Origin: a virus
Lineage: Duplodnaviria > Caudoviricetes
Reading direction: 5' to 3' (one strand)
IMG/VR virus record: IMGVR_UViG_3300032103_000281
Coordinates: 1 to 33,746 of that record
DNA: 33,746 bases
The notes under the pieces are model-generated. The model was not told the DNA's origin and did not search any database. It saw only the letters and a program-made list of their open reading frames with translations. Made by a program: the position numbers and the translations under genes. This document shows, piece after piece, positions 15,586 through 24,946 of the stretch; the stretch's first letter is position 1; every line of letters begins with the position of its first letter.

Positions 15586-17619
15586 TTACCTTTGGTGCGT
15601 CCATTTTTTCTTACCAGCATCCCAAACCCTGTCGTAACCCATCGATTGCATTATTTCCCAGGTTGCATTGGGAAAGCACGTTTTACTTTTGAGGGTTCTG
15701 TAGTCATTAGTAAGAAAATAATCAACATCAATTTCACCGACAAAAACAAATCCACTATCTATGAGTAACTTTTCTTCATTCAACATGTTGTTTGAATGTG
15801 CTTCAATTGTTTTTACGTTAGGGTGCTTTTCTAAAATGTAAGAAACAATAGATCGAAAGACGCCGTTATACCTATTATTAATTTTGCTGCAAAAGTGATC
15901 TATGACAATTAATTTTTCCTTAACTGAATACAAGACCACACTGCACAATTCGTTGTTATAAAATGCACCGACAGAAAAACTATCAGCGCAAACATGTACA
16001 CTTTGAGCTGTGTAATTTGAGTTCAAAAAACTTAAGCCAAGAGAACAATCAATTTCTTTGATTGAGCAATTTTTGTCGCTGATAACAGGCAACTGGTAGT
16101 TAATTGCTTCTAGAATTAAATGTTTTACAATTGGTAACTTTGACCAAAAATCAGAACTGAAAAATTGTAACAAGGTGACGCCTGCTGGTAATGATTTTTC
16201 GTATTTAGAATAATGGTAGTTGCGATCCTTTTTGCCTAAAATTTCCGAATGTATTTCTAAACCATGTAGCTCAATGCCAACATTATTTTCTTTAAGTAAA
16301 ATATCAATTTCTAACCTATTTCCCAGGACAGTTCTATCTCGTCGTTTGAATTGTATGTTTAGGCCCGAAAGAAATTCAACTAGAACTTCTTCCATGGCCG
16401 AAGGCGGATCAAACTTCATCTGATCAACGACCCCATACTTTCGTGCGTAGCCCAAAATAATACTAGATGTTTTTGTTCCAATTTCTTTTGCTACATCAAC
16501 AGAAGTTCTTCCGATAACCGTTTCACAAAACAACTCTCTATCTTGAAGAAAATTGTAAACCGAATCTGACATATTCAACTGTGCTGCATTTGTTCTGCCA
16601 TATCGTTCAGATAACGTTGCTTTAACTTGCTCTCCCCATGCATCAGTAGATGAGTAATGTTCTACATCGTACTTTGCTAGCATTGTTTGTTTAGCTTTTT
16701 TCTTCACCTCATCTGTTTCGAACGGGTTCTTTCCGTCATATATCTCAGATAGTTTTTCTCTAGCATGCGTCATGAAAGAACCGTATCGTTGCAATGTGGT
16801 CTTTGCTACTTTACTTTGAATTTCGGCAGATTGAAATGGCGTATCCACACCATATCGTTTTTGGCAGGTTTCTTTCATCTTTTGTCGGACCTCTGGGTTT
16901 TTTACGCCCCACTCATATCCAGTTCGAAATAAGTTACCTTCCTTTAACTTTTCCACTACTTGCGACGACTGCATTGGGTTTTCAACTCCGTATCGTTCGA
17001 CACAAGTTTGTTTGATTTTGTCAAAAACCGCCCTCTTTTCTTCTTCTGATTTCTGTTCGTGCAATCTAGAAATAATAGCAGAATGTTCTTCTTTGTTGCA
17101 TCGACATGATGTTTTGTCTCCACAAAATTTCCTATATCCTAATTCGTATGAGTTGAATAGTGGAGTCTTTCCACATTTGTTCGCATGTGGTTGCCCTTTT
17201 AAGACAATATACACCATTTCAGCAATACTGTTTGGTTGATACTGTTTTGTTGCACTAATTAAAAGGGTAATTAAGTATTTTCTATCAGCAACAACAGTTC
17301 CAAAGTTTTTAGACTTAACCCCATCTAATAGTTTTTCTAAAATAGACCGCAGCGATCCGTCGGTTCCATGTGAATCCACTAACTGTCGATACATCTGATA
17401 AGCCGATTCTACTTGGCTTTCTAATGCAACTGATAACCTATTATTTTCACTGACTGCACACGGGTCTGAATTTGCTAGCTTTGTGTTTTTAATTTCGCGA
17501 AGGTAAATTCGTAATTTTCTTTCCCTTAATTGATAAAGCCGTAGTTCATCAAAATCGGGGTTTGGTTTGTTGCTTAAAATATCGTCTAAGCTTTCTCTTA
17601 ATCGAATTGGTTTGTTCAT
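15586..17619 (-). CDS. Homing-endonuclease-like protein (xYGV repeats + PD-(D/E)xK/Vsr-like nuclease + GNAT-like C-terminus)
   Basis: Repeats TCVERYGVENPMQ, TCQKRYGVDTPFQ, TMLAKYDVEH; LEIDILL....VGIELHGLEIHS; ends RVWDAG. Confidence 0.75.
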   Translation of the reverse strand: MNKPIRLRESLDDILSNKPNPDFDELRLYQLRERKLRIYLREIKNTKLANSDPCAVSENNRLSVALESQVESAYQMYRQLVDSHGTDGSLRSILEKLLDGVKSKNFGTVVADRKYLITLLISATKQYQPNSIAEMVYIVLKGQPHANKCGKTPLFNSYELGYRKFCGDKTSCRCNKEEHSAIISRLHEQKSEEEKRAVFDKIKQTCVERYGVENPMQSSQVVEKLKEGNLFRTGYEWGVKNPEVRQKMKETCQKRYGVDTPFQSAEIQSKVAKTTLQRYGSFMTHAREKLSEIYDGKNPFETDEVKKKAKQTMLAKYDVEHYSSTDAWGEQVKATLSERYGRTNAAQLNMSDSVYNFLQDRELFCETVIGRTSVDVAKEIGTKTSSIILGYARKYGVVDQMKFDPPSAMEEVLVEFLSGLNIQFKRRDRTVLGNRLEIDILLKENNVGIELHGLEIHSEILGKKDRNYHYSKYEKSLPAGVTLLQFFSSDFWSKLPIVKHLILEAINYQLPVISDKNCSIKEIDCSLGLSFLNSNYTAQSVHVCADSFSVGAFYNNELCSVVLYSVKEKLIVIDHFCSKINNRYNGVFRSIVSYILEKHPNVKTIEAHSNNMLNEEKLLIDSGFVFVGEIDVDYFLTNDYRTLKSKTCFPNATWEIMQSMGYDRVWDAGKKKWTHQR

Positions 17620-18992
17620 ATTTTTAGTCGGAGTAGTTTATGTCCGCAGTCCCAGATTCTTTGGAAATTTTCGCTTTCTAAAATAGAATTATTCGAGAGC
17701 AAAACATTGCCGTCGGTCCATGCATAATCGGGTTCTAATTGTTTTTCTAGAACAAATCCTGCTTTTTCTAAATCGACTCCGATTCCGTATCTTCGATCAA
17801 CCGTAGCATACACCGACGCATTGTGATTTTGTCTAAAGTAATCAATAATTGTAGATAGCCCTTTAGTAACAACAACATTCAATTTACTACAAATTCGAAC
17901 CAATTCCCAGTCGTCATGTTGTATTTGCTTAAACAACCCAACCATTGCGAGTTCGTTGTTATGTTCTAGGCCGATTGTTAAGTCTGCATAAGTGAACCCT
18001 TGAATGTGATTCTTTTCTAAGAATTCTCTCGATTTGCTGTCACTTAACTTCACAACTAAACATTCGCTAGCTAATATTTGCTGAGATAACCCCAATTTGC
18101 CTGCAATGATGGATTTAACTATTTCTTCTTTTTGATTCCACTCAACATCGTAAAAATGCAAAAGTTCAACTCCATTGTTCTCTGCATTAATTGTTTTGTT
18201 TAAATGATAATCTTTCGGTTTGTATTTTTCAGAGTGCCAATGCAATCCGTTAATTTCAATGCCTAAATTAAAGTTTTTCACATAGCAATCAATTTCGTAA
18301 GGTGGTATCATTGAATAACAACCCATTTCGTGTTCAATGTTCAGACTACTAAGCCAGTTGCTCAATCGAACTTCAACTATTGAATAGTTTGATCGCTTTT
18401 TAATCTTAAATCCGTACAGTTTACAGTAATCAATGACCGTTCCGTAATAGCAGTCTAATTCTGCTGCTATATCAACTGCTGTCCTGTTGTTTAGGTTGTA
18501 TTCTACGTCTAGCCAGGCTTTGTCTTTTAACTTTGAATGAATTTCAGGTAATAATTTACTTTTCTCCCAAATGTGATGAATGTCGGGCCGTTGCGAATTA
18601 AACGCAACACCGTATTTTTCAATCATCGTTTGTTTTCTTTTTTCGTTTGTGTGGGATTGGTCGTTTAATTGCCTAGATGCAATCATCTTTTTTGTTCGTA
18701 ATATGTCTTTGTCTGCACATGATTTTGAACAAAAATTATGCAAAGCCCTATTTGTTACTTTTGCTGGTTTGTTGCAGTAACAAAGCGGAATTGAATCAAA
18801 ATGGCCAGCATCTAAAATACGGACTCTTTGAATGTATGAATACTCAGATAAATGCGATGTTTTTCGAATAAATTCTTCCCATAAGGAAAGTTGATTAATT
18901 TTAGAAAAATGTTTCTCGGATAGAAAATAAGAACAAATTTTACCAGAGCTATTATTAATTAGTCGACGAAAGGTTTGGTACCAATTAGGCAT
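17616..18992 (-). CDS. Homing-endonuclease-like protein, same family
   Basis: FCSKSC zinc motif, TMIEKYGV, HTH-like RTAVDIAAEL, YEIDCYV....LGIEINGLHWHS, FLEKNHIQG, WELVRICSK, RIWDCG. Confidence 0.8.
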   Translation of the reverse strand: MPNWYQTFRRLINNSSGKICSYFLSEKHFSKINQLSLWEEFIRKTSHLSEYSYIQRVRILDAGHFDSIPLCYCNKPAKVTNRALHNFCSKSCADKDILRTKKMIASRQLNDQSHTNEKRKQTMIEKYGVAFNSQRPDIHHIWEKSKLLPEIHSKLKDKAWLDVEYNLNNRTAVDIAAELDCYYGTVIDYCKLYGFKIKKRSNYSIVEVRLSNWLSSLNIEHEMGCYSMIPPYEIDCYVKNFNLGIEINGLHWHSEKYKPKDYHLNKTINAENNGVELLHFYDVEWNQKEEIVKSIIAGKLGLSQQILASECLVVKLSDSKSREFLEKNHIQGFTYADLTIGLEHNNELAMVGLFKQIQHDDWELVRICSKLNVVVTKGLSTIIDYFRQNHNASVYATVDRRYGIGVDLEKAGFVLEKQLEPDYAWTDGNVLLSNNSILESENFQRIWDCGHKLLRLKI

Positions 18993-18996
18993 GACG

Positions 18997-20673
18997 TTAA
19001 TTTTTAATGTTCAATTGAAGTAATTTATGCCCGCAGTCCCAGATACAATCGAATTCTGTTTTCTCACAGATTTTGTTTGGATCATTTTTATATTTTTTGA
19101 TTATCTTTTTTGCTTCTTTTTGCGGAACTCTAGCTTCATAATCAATTACTAACCACAGCACTGGGTCAATATCAGATATACAAGAAAAACCTAAATCTAA
19201 ATAATCGTTTGGATTTTCCCATCTAAGGTCTATACAAAAATTAATAAACTCAGGATTTAAGGTAGTTTTAATATGCTCAATGAATTTAGGAAAAATGAAT
19301 TTTCGACTAATACCAGAAGTAGAAAAGTCTACAATATCAACTGTATCCTTATTTAATGTTAACGATACGGTTGCTACTAATTGGTTATTCAGCCAAGCCC
19401 CGTATACAACTTTTTCGTCGGGTATATCTAAAGACAACGAGTACTCATCTAAAAACGAATTAATAGTATTTTCGTCTGTTAATTTCTCTATTTTTAAAGT
19501 TTCTTCGGGCAACGGAATTATAGGACTTACAATGTCTTTAATTCTTGCAATAACTGCATTATTTTTTCTGTTATTTTCATCAGAAAAAATAGTAATTAAG
19601 TGAAACCCTTTATCATTTGCTCGTTTTGTTTTTGTTTGGTGATACTCTGCTTTTTTACCTAAACTATAATACGAATGCCAATATAGACCGCAATATTCTA
19701 TTGCTACTTTTAGATCAGACAAAACAATGTCTAGTTCGTATGGTAAAATAATTCGCTTGTCAGACTGATGATATTTGGCTTCAGGAGAAAAGTGTTCAAT
19801 AAGATTAACTATTGATATTTCTTCGTTGCTACAATAAGATGGTATCTTTTTAGGGGAGCAAGAAGGACACTTGATATTTGGAATATGATAAATTTTTTGT
19901 TCAAATTCGTAACCACAGTTATCGCACTTGAGTAGATATACAAATGCGTCTTTCATTTTAATGCCTTGGTATTCCTCAAATGGAGTTAAGAGCGTAAAGT
20001 TTGCATTTTCTTTTAAATTCTTCTTAACAAGGTTATATCCGATTTGTAGCCATTCTTTATCTTCGGTCATCTTCTTGTTTCGTTCGCGAGTATACTGTTT
20101 GACTTTTGGTAGTTGAAGTGGGTTTTTAACACCGTATCTTTCTAAATTGGTTTTTGTTATTTCTTGTCTAATTTCTGGCAATTTCAACGAACTGCTAACC
20201 CCGTATCTCTCAAGGCAGGTTTGTTGCGATTTAGCTGTTACGTTTGCAACTTTTTCTTTATCGGCATAAAATTCTTGATGCTTAGCCTTTGCTTTATTTG
20301 TTTGTCCAACATTAGCCACACCGTATTTCTTTAGGTTCGTTTCTTCTCGTTTTTTCCTTATTTCTTCTACCTGTTCTTGTGTTTTATTTGTGTGAAAGGT
20401 TTTAGAAGCTATACTTTTAGCTTCTGCTGCACATTGTAGACACCCCCTTGTCCACCCGGTATAGATGTCTACAAATTTAAGTCGGTTTCCGTGTTTACAA
20501 GTGTTAGTTTTGTCTAGATGAATTGAACTATAAATCTTTTCAACAAAACTGTCTATAGTTAATGATGAATTAAAGTTATTTAACACCCACTCTTTTAGTG
20601 TGGGGTTACTCTGGATCATTTTAGAAAAGTGTTTTGGCTTTTCTTTGATTAATTGCTCAATTTTTTCTTTCAT
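18997..20673 (-). CDS. Homing-endonuclease-like protein, same family
   Basis: TNLKKYGV, TCLERYGV, TNLERYGV repeats; CDNCG...CPSC zinc ribbon; YELDIVL....VAIEYCGLYWHS; CIWDCG. Confidence 0.8.
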   Translation of the reverse strand: MKEKIEQLIKEKPKHFSKMIQSNPTLKEWVLNNFNSSLTIDSFVEKIYSSIHLDKTNTCKHGNRLKFVDIYTGWTRGCLQCAAEAKSIASKTFHTNKTQEQVEEIRKKREETNLKKYGVANVGQTNKAKAKHQEFYADKEKVANVTAKSQQTCLERYGVSSSLKLPEIRQEITKTNLERYGVKNPLQLPKVKQYTRERNKKMTEDKEWLQIGYNLVKKNLKENANFTLLTPFEEYQGIKMKDAFVYLLKCDNCGYEFEQKIYHIPNIKCPSCSPKKIPSYCSNEEISIVNLIEHFSPEAKYHQSDKRIILPYELDIVLSDLKVAIEYCGLYWHSYYSLGKKAEYHQTKTKRANDKGFHLITIFSDENNRKNNAVIARIKDIVSPIIPLPEETLKIEKLTDENTINSFLDEYSLSLDIPDEKVVYGAWLNNQLVATVSLTLNKDTVDIVDFSTSGISRKFIFPKFIEHIKTTLNPEFINFCIDLRWENPNDYLDLGFSCISDIDPVLWLVIDYEARVPQKEAKKIIKKYKNDPNKICEKTEFDCIWDCGHKLLQLNIKN

Positions 20674-20764
20674 TTATCCGAATGTTATCTAGATATTCAA
20701 TGCTACATTATTGCATTATATCAGTTAATTTAATTTTTGTCGGTTGAAATGACAATCAGAAACG

Positions 20765-20790
20765 AAAACAGGACCCGAAGGTCCCGTTTT
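20765..20790 (-). terminator. Intrinsic terminator after the major capsid gene
   Basis: Minus strand AAAACGGGACC-TTCG-GGTCCTGTTTT with cUUCGg tetraloop, as in T4-like terminators. Confidence 0.85.
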
Positions 20791-20815
20791 CTTGATACTA
20801 TAACTTCTATATTGA

Positions 20816-21994
20816 TTACAGGAAGCTAAGATTGGAAATGCCAATTTCGCCCAAGTAGTCACCCGAATTGCCAAAGCTGGAAGCAGTGTTAGTAAGTTCA
20901 GTGTAACCATACCTGGTCATGAAGCCAACGACTGGCTCTAGTGTGCTTGGATCTAACACGACACCGGAGCTCATCAAAGGAATATATGGGCAGTAGAACG
21001 CAGGGGCATCGCTCTCGCTCTGACCTTTGTATCCAACTAGAACTGGAGTAGCATCGCTAGCATAGCTGTCAACATAAATCCGCATAGCATTGTTGAGTGT
21101 GCCAACAAACTTGGTGTTAGTTGGGGCTTCAAATGTGCCTTCTGTTGAGCGAGCAAATGCCGAGGTTGTCGCAGACTGTAGGATAGTAAGTGCGGTTGGT
21201 GAAACAACGGCCCAGTTACCAGCACCACGACGTGTACGCTGCGCGATCTTGTTAGCAACACGGTTGATTAGAACAGCTAGAGCGGCGTGTTCGTCACCAA
21301 CGAATGTAGCTGTGCCAGAAACAGCAGCCTGATCGTAGTTCTCTTCAGTTGCAGCTAGTGCGCGGAGTGAACCAAGGATCTCTTGATCGATTTCAACAGT
21401 AATCTCTTGGGCTAGTGCAGCCATGATTTCTGCTTCGATGTCGATACCGTGCATGGCTTGTGCATCTTGCGCGGCTTCGAATGTCCAGCGAGCAGATAGC
21501 TTGCGTGCCTTAGCTTCGACTGTTTGCTTTAAGAGTTGCACGTTGAGGCGACGACCAGGAGTGCCTTCTAGTGTTGCAGTAGCTTCGCCGCGGCCAGTTG
21601 TAGCTGAACCAGAGTAAGCTGTTGCAATTTTGAATGGGCTTAGGGCCTCATCACCGGCCGTTGTTGATGTTGCGTATGGCGATGAATCAACCATATCGTC
21701 AGCATAACGAACACGGAGGGTGTGGATTTGAGCGATTGGACCAGTCATTGGCTGAACACCAACGATTTCGTTTGCAATGACGCTTGGCATCACACGACGA
21801 ATCACCGGAAGAATAACGCGGTTTAGTGTTGCGATGTTGCCTGAAGCCGTTGCACCAGAAGAAGCTGATTCAACGAGGGTCTTGCGTGTGTTTTCTAAAA
21901 TAGTGCTTAATGCATTACGACGTGAGCCCTGAAGTCCTTCTAGAAGGGCTTCTTTGGTTTCAGCCCAACGGCTCTCAAGTAGTTTGGTTGACAT
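20816..21994 (-). CDS. gp23: Major capsid protein, T4 gp23-like
   Basis: PVIRRVMP..IANEIVGVQPMTGP, VEAKARKLSARWTFEAAQD, EIDQEI, FYCPYIPL, GFMTRYG motifs. Confidence 0.96.
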   Translation of the reverse strand: MSTKLLESRWAETKEALLEGLQGSRRNALSTILENTRKTLVESASSGATASGNIATLNRVILPVIRRVMPSVIANEIVGVQPMTGPIAQIHTLRVRYADDMVDSSPYATSTTAGDEALSPFKIATAYSGSATTGRGEATATLEGTPGRRLNVQLLKQTVEAKARKLSARWTFEAAQDAQAMHGIDIEAEIMAALAQEITVEIDQEILGSLRALAATEENYDQAAVSGTATFVGDEHAALAVLINRVANKIAQRTRRGAGNWAVVSPTALTILQSATTSAFARSTEGTFEAPTNTKFVGTLNNAMRIYVDSYASDATPVLVGYKGQSESDAPAFYCPYIPLMSSGVVLDPSTLEPVVGFMTRYGYTELTNTASSFGNSGDYLGEIGISNLSFL

Positions 21995-22023
21995 AGTTTA
22001 TTTCCTCTTTCTAAAATAACCAA

Positions 22024-23133
22024 TTATTTAAGCCCTGCTAAACGCTTGAGCTCAACGACATTAGTGTCGGTGTCATCTGCGGCTGTACCAGAATGGACTT
22101 TCGCAGGTTTATCGCCAGTGATTTCAACACGAGATTCAACTAAAGCCTGTTTGTTGCTGGCCTTAGGTGTTCCGTTGTTTAAAACAGCTGGTAGATACTT
22201 TTCATATGCAGAACGAAGGTTAGCCGTCTGCACACTTTCGAGAAGCTCAGTCATTACAACTGCTTTCTCTTTTGCTAGTGGTTTGAGTAAGTCAGACATT
22301 AGTTCGCGACGGTGTGCATTTTCTTTGATAATGCGAACTTCGCGTTCTTTTGCTGTTACTTCACGCTTAATCGATTCGGCTAATTTCTTAGTTTCTTCAA
22401 TCTGGCGGTTCTTAACGTTGACGATCGAGCGTAACTTCTTGATCTCTTGGTTTTCGTTAAGGTGTGACAATGAAAACTCGCCTGCAAACGCTTCAAAGAT
22501 GCGACGACCAAACATGTTTTCGCGTGCTTGGGTAATGTCTTCTTTGAGTTGCTTGATCTCAGCCTGTAAACGCTTTGATACTGCTTCTTGGACTAGCTTT
22601 GAAGAACGGACAATAAAACGTTTTTGCATTTCTGCTATACGCTTCTTGCCTTCTGTAATTAGACGAACTTTAGCCTCAACTAGTGCCTTGCGATCAGTTT
22701 TAAACTCTTTGATCTCTTCGGCGACGTTGCGACGGACAAATTCTTCCATACGCAGAGTTGCGTTCTGCTGCTGTTTACGCTGAGTGCGAAGCTCGGTGAT
22801 CTCTTCTGTCAATTTCTTGACTAGGAAATCGTTGAACTTTCCGCTGGCTTCTACAGTAAATTTCTTAAAATCGGCACGCTCTTGGGTAAGTTTGCGCTTC
22901 TCTTCTGCGAATTCAGCGATTTCAGCTTCCAAGGATTCAGTGACCAGTTTGTTTAGTGCTTCAACCATTGCAGCTTTATCGTGGGCATAGCGTTGAGCAA
23001 ACTCATCGCGCATTTCTGCGCGGACTTGCTCTTTTGCTTCAGCTAGCTGTTTTTCCCATGCTTCTGAGATAGCTTGCTGAGTGTCTTCGCTAATGATGCC
23101 ACCATCGATTAATGGTTTAATGACATTAAGCAT
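22024..23133 (-). CDS. gp22: Prohead core scaffold protein, T4 gp22-like
   Basis: Long coiled coil between protease and capsid genes; FGRRIFEAF motif; L/I-x-E cleavage-type sites. Confidence 0.82.
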   Translation of the reverse strand: MLNVIKPLIDGGIISEDTQQAISEAWEKQLAEAKEQVRAEMRDEFAQRYAHDKAAMVEALNKLVTESLEAEIAEFAEEKRKLTQERADFKKFTVEASGKFNDFLVKKLTEEITELRTQRKQQQNATLRMEEFVRRNVAEEIKEFKTDRKALVEAKVRLITEGKKRIAEMQKRFIVRSSKLVQEAVSKRLQAEIKQLKEDITQARENMFGRRIFEAFAGEFSLSHLNENQEIKKLRSIVNVKNRQIEETKKLAESIKREVTAKEREVRIIKENAHRRELMSDLLKPLAKEKAVVMTELLESVQTANLRSAYEKYLPAVLNNGTPKASNKQALVESRVEITGDKPAKVHSGTAADDTDTNVVELKRLAGLK

Positions 23134-23145
23134 TAGGTTCTTCTC

Positions 23146-23811
23146 CTATTGTAACTTCAGCTCTTGAATGAGCCTAATAATAGACTCACGCAAATACTTT
23201 TGAACTCGAGGATCATTTTTGGCCTCAAGTAATTCTTTTGATAACTCTAGTGTTTTGTAGCCATGACGCATGTTCATCAATGACTCATAAACAGGGACAG
23301 GAAAGGCAGCAGGTGCAGATGGTTGAGCCACCACGTCTACGGTTACGATTTCAAAATCAGAAACGCGACCAGAGGTTTCGTCGACGTTGCCGGTACCGCG
23401 AGACGATACACCTAACTTCATACCAGACTCTAGAATGGTCTTAACGATGTTGCCCATTGGTGTTGGAATAAGCTTTAGTTTGCCATACCCGTTAGCACCT
23501 TCTATCCACATATCTGTAATAGCATGCGAAACACGATCTAGGTTAATTTTTAAATCGTCTGGGTGGTCTAATTCACCAAAAATTGTTTGACCTTCTTTTA
23601 GTTTGGTTTTGATATCGTCTACAGCACGCTTGATCTCAGTCAAGGGGTATACACGTTGGTTGTGGTTACGAACGTCCCCTTGAATCATCAAACCTTTTAG
23701 GTGTAGTGTTTTTGATTTATTACCAAATGCATCTTCAGAATCTTCGAGGAAAACAGACTGACCAGTTACGGTCGGATTGATGTATTCGCTTAGTATTGCT
23801 CTCTCAATCAT
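23146..23811 (-). CDS. gp21: Prohead protease, T4 gp21-like
   Basis: N.N.RVYP, GELDHP, INLDRVSH, TPMG, LGVSSRG.G, DVVAQPSAP motifs. Confidence 0.95.
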   Translation of the reverse strand: MIERAILSEYINPTVTGQSVFLEDSEDAFGNKSKTLHLKGLMIQGDVRNHNQRVYPLTEIKRAVDDIKTKLKEGQTIFGELDHPDDLKINLDRVSHAITDMWIEGANGYGKLKLIPTPMGNIVKTILESGMKLGVSSRGTGNVDETSGRVSDFEIVTVDVVAQPSAPAAFPVPVYESLMNMRHGYKTLELSKELLEAKNDPRVQKYLRESIIRLIQELKLQ

Positions 23812-23844
23812 TGTCTATTTTCCTTTTAGAAAATTCTCTAATCT

Positions 23845-24549
23845 TTAAACCTTCTTAAATCCAGCCGACCTATGGCCAACTGTGTTGTCGAAGTTGCCTG
23901 AACGAACTGGTTGTGACTTTGGTGTTGGTACATAAGACGCAGCACCACCAGTGGCGATGTTCTTCGCAGTGCCACCCATGTTGTTCTTCTTAGCAACGGG
24001 CGAAGCAGTTTGTGCGCCGGTTGGTTCGCTCGTCACAGCAGGACGAACTTTTTCAACATATTCACGAACTGTTTTGGAATCGTCTTCGCTATCGTCGTCG
24101 AGGTCTTCTTCTGAATCGTCATGAATGCCGGGGAAGTTTTCTTCTTCGTTCTCTTCAGCGGCGAGTAGTTCGTCTAGTTCAGCGCGAAGTTCATCGATAA
24201 CTACCTCTAAGTCCTCGACGCGATCTTCTAGTTCCTCGGCATGATCCTCTAGGTCTTCATCTTCGCCGGCGTCTTCGTCTTCATCTTCGTCGCTCTCAAA
24301 GTCGTCCGAAGACTCGATATCGCCTTCTTCGTCTGCTTCGACTTCGTCGCTAATGTCAGAAACAAAATCTTCAGCTTCGTTATCAGCAGAAACGTCGAAT
24401 TCGCCGTCATCGGTCTCTTCGGTGTCGGACATTGACTCATAAATTGAACGGCTCTGTTCTACTACGATTTCATGAAAGAGGGCGCGAGCCTGCTCCTGCT
24501 CTTCATTAATGATTAGATCAATAAGTTTTTCAAACTTTGCAGTTGACAT
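23845..24549 (-). CDS. Acidic prohead core-like protein (gp67/gp68 position)
   Basis: Very Asp/Glu-rich; located between portal and protease; AAGGAG RBS, TAAATA at 24602. Confidence 0.7.
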   Translation of the reverse strand: MSTAKFEKLIDLIINEEQEQARALFHEIVVEQSRSIYESMSDTEETDDGEFDVSADNEAEDFVSDISDEVEADEEGDIESSDDFESDEDEDEDAGEDEDLEDHAEELEDRVEDLEVVIDELRAELDELLAAEENEEENFPGIHDDSEEDLDDDSEDDSKTVREYVEKVRPAVTSEPTGAQTASPVAKKNNMGGTAKNIATGGAASYVPTPKSQPVRSGNFDNTVGHRSAGFKKV

Positions 24550-24632
24550 TGAATTTTCTCCTTAAGGTAGAATGTCACGAGATTACAATTTCTTGTAATG
24601 GTATTTATGACACGAAGGAGAAATGGCTTCAG

Positions 24633-24656
24633 AAATAGGCGAAAAATCGCCTATTT
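24633..24656. terminator. Hairpin, probable terminator
   Basis: AAATAGGCGA-AAAA-TCGCCTATTT perfect 10-bp stem directly after the stop at 24658. Confidence 0.65.
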
Positions 24657-24657
24657 T

Positions 24658-24891
24658 TTAGAATCCGGGGATAGGTTCTTCTGATTTTGTGCTGTATTGT
24701 GCTTGTAACGCTACTAATTTCTGCTCGAACTCAAAATCCCTAGTATCACGCATGATACGCAAACGATTGATTTGCTCTAAGGTGAGGCGAGTTTTTCTTA
24801 CATCAGTCATCCTGAGTTGACTATTATCTAGCTTATCAGAATGATAACCTTTGTAATGTTTGCTGCTGTTGAATAGTTCATTTAGTAGCAT
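24658..24891 (-). CDS. Small head-module hypothetical protein (77 aa, MLLNELF...RKTRLTLEQIN)
   Basis: Start reassigned to ATG 24891, 7 nt after TAAATA 24899-24904, which avoids overlap with the portal gene. Confidence 0.7.
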   Translation of the reverse strand: MLLNELFNSSKHYKGYHSDKLDNSQLRMTDVRKTRLTLEQINRLRIMRDTRDFEFEQKLVALQAQYSTKSEEPIPGF

Positions 24892-24905
24892 GATACGGTA
24901 TTTAT

Positions 24906-24946
24906 CGAATCGAGTGCAAAGTTGCGTGTTCTTTAGTCGATTTAGA
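24906..24946 (+). mobile_element. IS200/IS605-type left-end relic
   Basis: TATTTAT|CGAATCGAGTGCAAAGTTGCGTGTTCTTTAG matches the shared left-end consensus. Confidence 0.5.
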
